Source: a bacterium
GTDB taxonomy: Bacteria > Cyanobacteriota > Vampirovibrionia > Gastranaerophilales > Gastranaerophilaceae
Direction: 5' to 3'
DNA: 39,910 bases
Assembly (NCBI GenBank): GCA_017544545.1
Contig: JAFYDY010000090.1
Span: forward strand, 1-39,910
Position numbers and translations under genes: made by a program. The notes beneath the pieces were generated by a model that did not search any database, was not told the origin of the DNA, and saw nothing but the letters and a program-made list of their open reading frames with translations. Below, piece after piece: positions 34,256 through 39,910 of the stretch (position 1 is the first letter of the stretch; each line of letters starts with the position of its first letter).

Positions 34256-34379
34256 TAAAATATTAAGAAATTTTAATTTAATTTTTGATTAGTAGCTGAA
34301 TTGCAGTATTTTTTAGAAAAACAATATAACAAATTTTTAAAACTTTTTTCACAAAACAGTTTAAATTTGATATTAGATA

Positions 34380-34388
34380 TGTTATACT
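34380..34388 (+). promoter_or_regulatory. extended -10-like element TGTTATACT in the long AT-rich spacer upstream of the HEAT-repeat gene
   Basis: Same 9-mer as the hpf promoter. It lies ~208 nt upstream of ATG 34596. Confidence 0.3.
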
Positions 34389-34595
34389 AGTAGTACATGA
34401 AAAATAAGTGTTTAAATTACCCTTAATCAGAAACAACTGACAAAGCACTTGTAAGAAACAGATAATAGACATAAAAAAGGAATTGTAAACAAAAGTTAAT
34501 ACAAAAGATCATAATTAGGCAATAATTTTTGAAAGAAAAACTTTATATAAAAGTAAGTAGTGTGAAAGTTATTGCAAAAGTGTCGGAGGAAAATA

Positions 34596-35453
34596 ATGAC
34601 AATTAGTGTGAACAGTAAGAAAAAACAAGTGAAGAAGACATTTGATGAATTACTTAACGACTTAAAAACGAGCAATTCTGAAAAAGTTAGATACAATGCA
34701 GCTCGTGTTTTAGGTGAAATGGGTGATTCAAAGGCTGTTGAGCCATTAATCGATGTTTTGAAACACGATAAAAACGGATCTGTTCGTTTATATGCAGCAA
34801 GAGCTTTGGGTGAATTAGGTGATTCAAAAGCAACAACTCACTTAATTGAATCTTTACGTGAAGACAGAAATGTTGATGTTAGAGTTCGTGCAGCTCGTGC
34901 ATTAGGTCGTCTGGGCGGCGCAATCGTTGTTGAACCGCTTGTTGAATCTTTAAACGATGAAAATCCGCAGGTGTGTATCACTGCAACAGATGCTTTGATT
35001 GAAATTGGTGACGTTGCAACAGATGCGTTGATTGAATCTCTTGATCACGAAAAAGTTAATGTAAGATGTGATGCAACAAGAGCTTTAGGCGAAATCGGCA
35101 ACAAAAAAGCTGTTGATAAGATTATAAATATGCTTTATGACGAATGGGTTAACGTAAGAATTTATGCGGTAACTTCATTAGGCAAATTGAATGATACAAA
35201 AGCAGTTCCTGCTCTGATCGATGTTATGAAAAATCGTTCAGAAAACGAACTTGTTCGTGCAGGTGCAGCTGCTGCGTTAGGTGTTCTCAGAGATCAAAGA
35301 GCACTGTTACCCCTCAGAGAATTGATTATGGAAGCAGAAGAATTGGGTGAACTCGAAGATACAGCTCTAAAATCTTTCAAAAAGATTATGGCTGCTAACT
35401 GGCAATCAATTCCGGGAGCTACAGCTCAGAAAAAACCTGTAGGAACTTTTTAA
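34596..35453 (+). CDS. HEAT-repeat (PBS-lyase-type) protein
   Basis: Seven tandem ~31-aa repeats VRxxAAxALGxxGDxKAVxPLIxxL. Start set at ATG 34596 behind SD GGAGGA; the ORF-track start at 34572 is a TTG. Confidence 0.85.
   Translation: MTISVNSKKKQVKKTFDELLNDLKTSNSEKVRYNAARVLGEMGDSKAVEPLIDVLKHDKNGSVRLYAARALGELGDSKATTHLIESLREDRNVDVRVRAARALGRLGGAIVVEPLVESLNDENPQVCITATDALIEIGDVATDALIESLDHEKVNVRCDATRALGEIGNKKAVDKIINMLYDEWVNVRIYAVTSLGKLNDTKAVPALIDVMKNRSENELVRAGAAAALGVLRDQRALLPLRELIMEAEELGELEDTALKSFKKIMAANWQSIPGATAQKKPVGTF
34686..35327 (+). repeat. coding tandem repeat: seven HEAT_PBS units with a period of about 93 nt
   Basis: Seven successive units of 25-33 aa, each starting VR/VC and sharing ALGxxGDxKAV. 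Confidence 0.8.
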
Positions 35454-35482
35454 GAATTAACCCCCAAAGATTTCAAATAAAG

Positions 35483-35508
35483 AACGGCCCTTAACACAGG
35501 GCCGTTTT
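35483..35508 (+). terminator. intrinsic terminator after the HEAT-repeat gene
   Basis: 9-bp GC-rich stem AACGGCCCT/AGGGCCGTT followed by TTTT. Confidence 0.6.
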
Positions 35509-35577
35509 ACTTATGTTTATAATGTTTTGCAAATAACATAAATAGTGATAAAATAGGATTACAACCGGAGGGAAATT

Positions 35578-36750
35578 ATGACAAGAGCAATAATTATGGT
35601 TATAGATTCAATGGGTAACGGAGCAATGGATGATTGCCGTGACTTTGGCGATATTCCTGAATGTAACACGCTGGCTCACGTTGCAAAATTTAATAACGGA
35701 CTGAATGTTCCGAATATGGAAGCTATGGGCTTAGGTTTGCTCGGTGATTATGAAGGAATTAAAAAAGTTGAAAACCCGACCGGCACGGTTGCAACGCTTG
35801 TTGAAAAATCAAAAGGTAAAGATACAACAACAGGTCACTGGGAAATAATGGGTTTGGTTTCCGAAAGACCATTTTCAACCTTCCCTGAAGGTTTTCCAAA
35901 AGAACTGATTGATAAATTTATAGACCAAACGGGTTGCGGCGGAGTTTTGGCAAATATTCCGGCAAGCGGTACTGCAATAATTGAAAAACTTAATGATGAA
36001 CATCATTCAACAAAATTCCCGATTGTTTACACTTCTGCCGACAGTGTTTTTCAAATTGCTTTAGATACTGACATGATACCGTTAGAAACATTGTATGACT
36101 GGTGTAAAATTGCAAGACGACTCTTGGATGAAGGGGATTATAATGTTGCAAGGGTTATTGCAAGACCATATAAGATTATAGACGGTAAACCCACAAGAAT
36201 TTCAAAAGACAGAAGAGATTTTTCAATGGTGCCAAAACACACTTACCTTGATGATATAAAAGACGAAGGCGGAAAAGTTGTTGCCATCGGAAAAATCGAA
36301 GATATATTTTCAAAAGCGGGAATAACTCACGCAATTCACACAGGCTCCAATAAAGAAGGGCTTGAATTAACTCTGAAAGCTGTCAAAGGTGAATTGCCGT
36401 TGGAAGATATTGCTTACGAAAAAGGTTTAAAATATTCGGATAAAGAAATTATTTTCACAAACCTTGTCGATACCGATATGCTCTACGGTCACAGAAACGA
36501 TGCAAAAGGTTACGGGGCTGCAATAGAAGAAGTTGATCGTTATGTAAAACCGATAGTTGATGCGATGAGAGATGATGATTTGTTGATAATAACAGCAGAC
36601 CACGGTTGTGACCCGTGTGTTCCGGGAACAGACCATACAAGAGAAAAAGTTCCGGTAATTGTCTACGCAAAAACTCTCCCGTCAGGCGGAAACCTTGGTG
36701 AGATGCTCGGTTTTGACAATATTGTAACCTTTATAAAAGACTGGTTATAA
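35578..36750 (+). CDS. deoB: phosphopentomutase
   Basis: 390 aa. Metalloenzyme motifs VIDSMGNGAMDD and ITADHGCDP. SD GGAGGG. Confidence 0.92.
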   Translation: MTRAIIMVIDSMGNGAMDDCRDFGDIPECNTLAHVAKFNNGLNVPNMEAMGLGLLGDYEGIKKVENPTGTVATLVEKSKGKDTTTGHWEIMGLVSERPFSTFPEGFPKELIDKFIDQTGCGGVLANIPASGTAIIEKLNDEHHSTKFPIVYTSADSVFQIALDTDMIPLETLYDWCKIARRLLDEGDYNVARVIARPYKIIDGKPTRISKDRRDFSMVPKHTYLDDIKDEGGKVVAIGKIEDIFSKAGITHAIHTGSNKEGLELTLKAVKGELPLEDIAYEKGLKYSDKEIIFTNLVDTDMLYGHRNDAKGYGAAIEEVDRYVKPIVDAMRDDDLLIITADHGCDPCVPGTDHTREKVPVIVYAKTLPSGGNLGEMLGFDNIVTFIKDWL

Positions 36751-36755
36751 ACCTT

Positions 36756-37388
36756 CTATTTTTTATACGCATCTGACGGATTCTTGTAACCTTGTGCCGG
36801 TGCATATTGCGGCGGAAAATTATATTTATACGAAGGTTTTGTGTATGTCTTTGTTGGTGTGTATGTTTTAGATGTTGTTGAACCGGACGTTGTCATGGAG
36901 ACAGGTTTTGGTTTGGATTGTGTTGATAGGTTTTGATCAGCCCATTTGGCAGATTTTGTGGAAGATGCTGTAGGTACTGTTTTAGAAACTTCCTCTTTTG
37001 CTATTTGCAGGCATTTATCTTTTTCAAATTCTGAATTTTTGGAAAGAGAAAATGATTCATTACCTCTATCTTCAACTTTTCCGTTCTCTATAATATAAAA
37101 ATATTTGCATTTTGTCTGACCATAAGAAGCTTGTTTTTCCTGAATTGGTTTACAAATTCCTTTTTGTAAGTCAGCTTTGGTTTTTTCATTATTTTTTCTT
37201 AAATTTTCAACACATGATTTATAAGTATCGGGAGAACCTTTAGTTGCTATGCATGAAGTTTCCGGTGTTGCAACGGTTGCCAGATAACCAAAACCATCTG
37301 ATGAACACCAGTAATTTTGTGCAAAAGCAACTCCTATCGTTGAACACAGTAATAATGCAGAAATCGTAAAAATTTTATAAACTTTCAT
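36756..37388 (-). CDS. hypothetical secreted Cys-containing protein with a Ser/Thr/Pro/Tyr-rich tail
   Basis: 210 aa. Signal peptide ...GVAFA. SD AAGGAG. Confidence 0.6.
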   Translation of the reverse strand: MKVYKIFTISALLLCSTIGVAFAQNYWCSSDGFGYLATVATPETSCIATKGSPDTYKSCVENLRKNNEKTKADLQKGICKPIQEKQASYGQTKCKYFYIIENGKVEDRGNESFSLSKNSEFEKDKCLQIAKEEVSKTVPTASSTKSAKWADQNLSTQSKPKPVSMTTSGSTTSKTYTPTKTYTKPSYKYNFPPQYAPAQGYKNPSDAYKK

Positions 37389-37549
37389 ACAAAACTCCTT
37401 TTTTTGCTGATATTATACGATTTTTCCCGAAGGTTTGTCAAATTTAAACGGTTGTTATTATTTGTTCAAAAAATATAGACATTTATTATTTTTTATAATA
37501 TTATCATCTTGTGGGAATACCACAACAAGAAAAATAAGGAGAATAAAAA

Positions 37550-37726
37550 ATGGCAGTTAAAGTTAATGACAGTTGTATTGCATGCGGCGCTTGCGAATCA
37601 ATTTGCGACGCTGTATTTTCAGTAGAAGACAAGGCAGTTGTTAATGATTCAGCAGTAGCTGACAACATTGATTCTGTAAAAGAAGCAGCTGATGCTTGCC
37701 CTGTTGGTGCAATCGAAGTTGAATAA
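37550..37726 (+). CDS. small single-cluster [4Fe-4S]-type ferredoxin (not in the ORF track)
   Basis: My translation: MAVKVNDSCIACGACESICDAVFSVEDKAVVNDSAVADNIDSVKEAADACPVGAIEVE (58 aa). CxxCxxC...CP motif. SD AAGGAGA. Terminator downstream. Confidence 0.85.
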   Translation: MAVKVNDSCIACGACESICDAVFSVEDKAVVNDSAVADNIDSVKEAADACPVGAIEVE

Positions 37727-37743
37727 TTGATTTAACGAAAATC

Positions 37744-37778
37744 AAAAAAGACCACTCATTATATGGGTGGTCTTTTTA
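37744..37778 (+). terminator. intrinsic terminator after the ferredoxin gene
   Basis: AAGACCAC/GTGGTCTT stem extended by A-T pairs, then a T5 run. Confidence 0.8.
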
Positions 37779-37883
37779 AGTGTAATAAAATATTAAAAAT
37801 TGTGAATGCGAAAAATTCAAGATATTACTGGATTATGGCTATTTTTTAAATTCCACACTAAATTTTGTATCAAATATAACTTC

Positions 37884-37926
37884 CGCAAATACTTTATATA
37901 TACAAGGGAAATATAAAGTATTTGCG
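37884..37926 (+). repeat. perfect 16-bp inverted repeat abutting the SD of the L,D-transpeptidase fusion gene
   Basis: CGCAAATACTTTATAT (37884-37899), 11-nt spacer, ATATAAAGTATTTGCG (37911-37926). SD GAGGAG starts at 37926. Confidence 0.9.
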
Positions 37927-37937
37927 AGGAGAAAAAT

Positions 37938-39767
37938 ATGACAGTTTATACGCATACTGTTGCATCAGGGGAAAATCCATGGAAATTTGTTGCAAACAGC
38001 CTTGCTGAAAAAGGGGATTACACAAATAAAGATGTTTTAAGAAATTTACAAAAACTTGCGGAAGAAAATGGATGTAAAACTCCGGAGGAATTTGGGAAGA
38101 AATATTTTTATAATATCGGAAGCGTATTTAAATGTTCGTCATTGGAATCAAATCAAGTTAAAAGAAAAAAAGTTGCTATTCCTCAGGTGGATACACTGAG
38201 CTTTTTCGGCTCAAAGATTGATTCTGTGCAACCAAAAACAAAAATCAAAGACTCCATAACAACTGAAACAAAGACAGGTCGTAAGTTTTTGCCGCAAAGA
38301 GATACAATATTTGCCGCAGCATCAAAAACACAAAATGATACAACCGTGGCAGATACAACAAAATTTAAATTTGCGCATGCCAAGGAGGATTCTACAAGAG
38401 TTCACGTAGAGCAAAACGATACTACACGTGTTGAAAATCCAAATCGGATTGTACAAACAGAACAAGTAAAAGAACCGAAGAAAGATAATTGGAATGACCT
38501 GAAACAACTTCAGGATAAAATAAACAATTTGCCTTCCGATAAAGAAAAAGTAATTGCATATAACAAACAACTAAACGAAAGCAGAGACAACTATATAATC
38601 GTTGATAAAAAGAATTGTACTGCAACAGTATATTCTTGGGATGGCAACATAGTCAAAGAATTTGAAGTTGGTGTTGCAAAAAATGAATCTGACGTTCTAT
38701 TAAAGAGAAGTTATAAATCAAATGCTGAAAAAATGGAATCTACTTCAGCAGGAATTTATACAATAAACTACCGTGCTACAGGACGAGATGCATATAGAAG
38801 ATTATATAATGATCGTGTATTTACATTATCAAATGACGGATTACGAGCACGCGGAGTAGGAAATGGTGAAACCGGTGTTGCAATTCACCAAATACCGAAC
38901 GGTAATAGTTACAGGCAATATCTTATGGATCAAGAAGGAACCCAAAATAATAGATTTTCATCCGGCTGTGTAAACATCAGACCAAAAGATTTTGATGAAT
39001 TAGCAACTTGCATAGATGGTGTCGGAACAAAGGTTTACATTCTTCCTGAAGATAAAAACAATTTTATGACCGTAAAAAATGGACAGCTGCACTTTACACA
39101 AAAAGAATATACCGGCGATGTCGCAACAACTTCAACAAAAAATGATCCGGTAAAAGAAATTCGTATTTCATCTGTAACAGCATTTGGCGGAGAATCTAAA
39201 ACCATGATGAAAGTGTTATCTGATAAAAAAAGTGAATTGATTAAGAATCTGGGTATAGATAACGATACGTATAACTCTTTCGCAATGCTGACATTAGGAA
39301 TTGCGCAACAAGAAAGCGAATTTGGTGCAAATTCTGCTATAACATACCATATAAAAGAAAACGCTCAGTGGTTTGTAAATACCCTGAAAGATGTTAAACG
39401 TATGTTCGGAGAAGAAGAAAGTCACGTAAATTCAAGAGGTTTAACTCAAATAAAACTCGGTTGTTATACAGATAAGTCAGCATTAGATTTAATGAAAAAA
39501 TATAATATAACCGAATCAAACTTGGGACAGGGAGATAAAGCGGCTATCGCAACAATGATAGCGTTGTCTTCTATTTATAAAAATGAATTGTCAGCAATTA
39601 AACCGATGATGAAAGAACAAAATTTAACAGTTCAGGATGCCTTATTGTATTGCTGGCAAGGTAAGAAAAATCAAATAACTAAAGGAATAGCAACTCCAGA
39701 TAAAAATATTTATATAAACAATATCAAAAAATGCATGGATAACTTTGTTATAGATCAAATCATATAA
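37938..39767 (+). CDS. LysM-like / L,D-transpeptidase (YkuD) / lytic-transglycosylase-like fusion protein
   Basis: 609 aa. N-terminal YTHTVASGENPWKFV. YkuD motif IHQIP...SSGCVNIRP (Cys codon 38967-38969). C-terminal GIAQQESEFG (Glu codon 39312-39314). SD GAGGAG. Confidence 0.75.
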   Translation: MTVYTHTVASGENPWKFVANSLAEKGDYTNKDVLRNLQKLAEENGCKTPEEFGKKYFYNIGSVFKCSSLESNQVKRKKVAIPQVDTLSFFGSKIDSVQPKTKIKDSITTETKTGRKFLPQRDTIFAAASKTQNDTTVADTTKFKFAHAKEDSTRVHVEQNDTTRVENPNRIVQTEQVKEPKKDNWNDLKQLQDKINNLPSDKEKVIAYNKQLNESRDNYIIVDKKNCTATVYSWDGNIVKEFEVGVAKNESDVLLKRSYKSNAEKMESTSAGIYTINYRATGRDAYRRLYNDRVFTLSNDGLRARGVGNGETGVAIHQIPNGNSYRQYLMDQEGTQNNRFSSGCVNIRPKDFDELATCIDGVGTKVYILPEDKNNFMTVKNGQLHFTQKEYTGDVATTSTKNDPVKEIRISSVTAFGGESKTMMKVLSDKKSELIKNLGIDNDTYNSFAMLTLGIAQQESEFGANSAITYHIKENAQWFVNTLKDVKRMFGEEESHVNSRGLTQIKLGCYTDKSALDLMKKYNITESNLGQGDKAAIATMIALSSIYKNELSAIKPMMKEQNLTVQDALLYCWQGKKNQITKGIATPDKNIYINNIKKCMDNFVIDQII

Positions 39768-39821
39768 ACTTTGCCCTTAATCTTGGTTTTGTGCTAGAAT
39801 AAGGGTAGAGGACAAAGGATT

Positions 39822-39910
39822 ATGATAAACAAAAAATCGAGAGAAGAAATAAAAAGGATGCGTCATGCCGGTCATATTGTGGCTTTGGTGCATCAAAAAA
39901 TGAAAGAGGT
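39822..39910 (+). CDS. map: methionine aminopeptidase type I (5' fragment, runs off the window)
   Basis: MINKKSREEIKRMRHAGHIVALVHQKMKE matches the MetAP N-terminus pattern (..EEIxKMRxAG.I.A). SD AAGGA. Confidence 0.7.
   Translation, partial: MINKKSREEIKRMRHAGHIVALVHQKMKE

Noticed and set aside
34686-35327. Regular ~93-nt periodic repeats (also the PEKPE repeat at 5728-5790 and the PT-rich tract at 18715-19002) as a possible CRISPR or other non-coding array.
   Set aside because: All are in-frame coding repeats (HEAT units, a proline-rich linker, a low-complexity spacer). The units are diverged at the DNA level, there is no repeat-spacer structure, and there are no cas genes.
37507-37530. Imperfect hairpin TCTTGTGG...CCACAACAAGA in the ferredoxin 5' region as a regulatory element.
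   Set aside because: The stem needs bulges and mismatches and has only about 6-7 usable pairs. There is no supporting second copy or obvious link to the SD. It is too weak to report as a feature.
1-39910. Mobile element, prophage, genomic island or defence system (RM, TA, CRISPR-Cas, retron, CBASS-like).
   Set aside because: There are no integrase, transposase, recombinase, reverse transcriptase, nuclease/helicase-ATPase pairs or tRNA attachment sites, and no long terminal repeats. Housekeeping genes are interspersed throughout, so the window reads as core chromosome.

Overview
AT-rich, tightly packed bacterial chromosomal segment with about 41 protein genes. I found no rRNA, tRNA, CRISPR array, transposase, integrase or prophage signature. 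About half the genes are recognisable housekeeping genes: thiL, folD, speE, mrnC, recA, tpiA, era, pckA, metG, mntP, hpf, deoB, a ferredoxin and the 5' end of map. Also present are a GAF-GGDEF-HD-GYP signalling protein, an orphan GAF histidine kinase, orphan ABC components and a HEAT-repeat protein. The rest are lineage-specific membrane, secreted or coiled-coil proteins I cannot name. The gene content (Mini-III RNase, PBS-lyase-type HEAT repeats, HWE-type TIM motif) loosely suggests an uncultured low-GC lineage such as Melainabacteria, but that is inference only. I see no clear multi-gene defence or mobile system. The best candidates for something undescribed are all regulatory. (1) A 580-nt gene-free gap (31175-31751) holds a GC-rich, riboswitch-like structured RNA candidate. 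Next to it is a helically phased CATG repeat/palindrome array, a near-consensus promoter and a 3-codon leaderless mini-ORF abutting a Cys-rich small ORF upstream of hpf. (2) Several genes lack a Shine-Dalgarno sequence and instead have a -10 box exactly 6 nt before the ATG, twice as the identical 9-mer TGATATAAT, which suggests leaderless mRNAs. (3) A 10-mer, ACTTTATATA, is shared upstream of four unrelated genes; at one site it lies inside a perfect 16-bp inverted repeat. (4) A non-canonical LexA-box-like palindrome sits inside the recA promoter. All calls come from reading the sequence; no database search was run.
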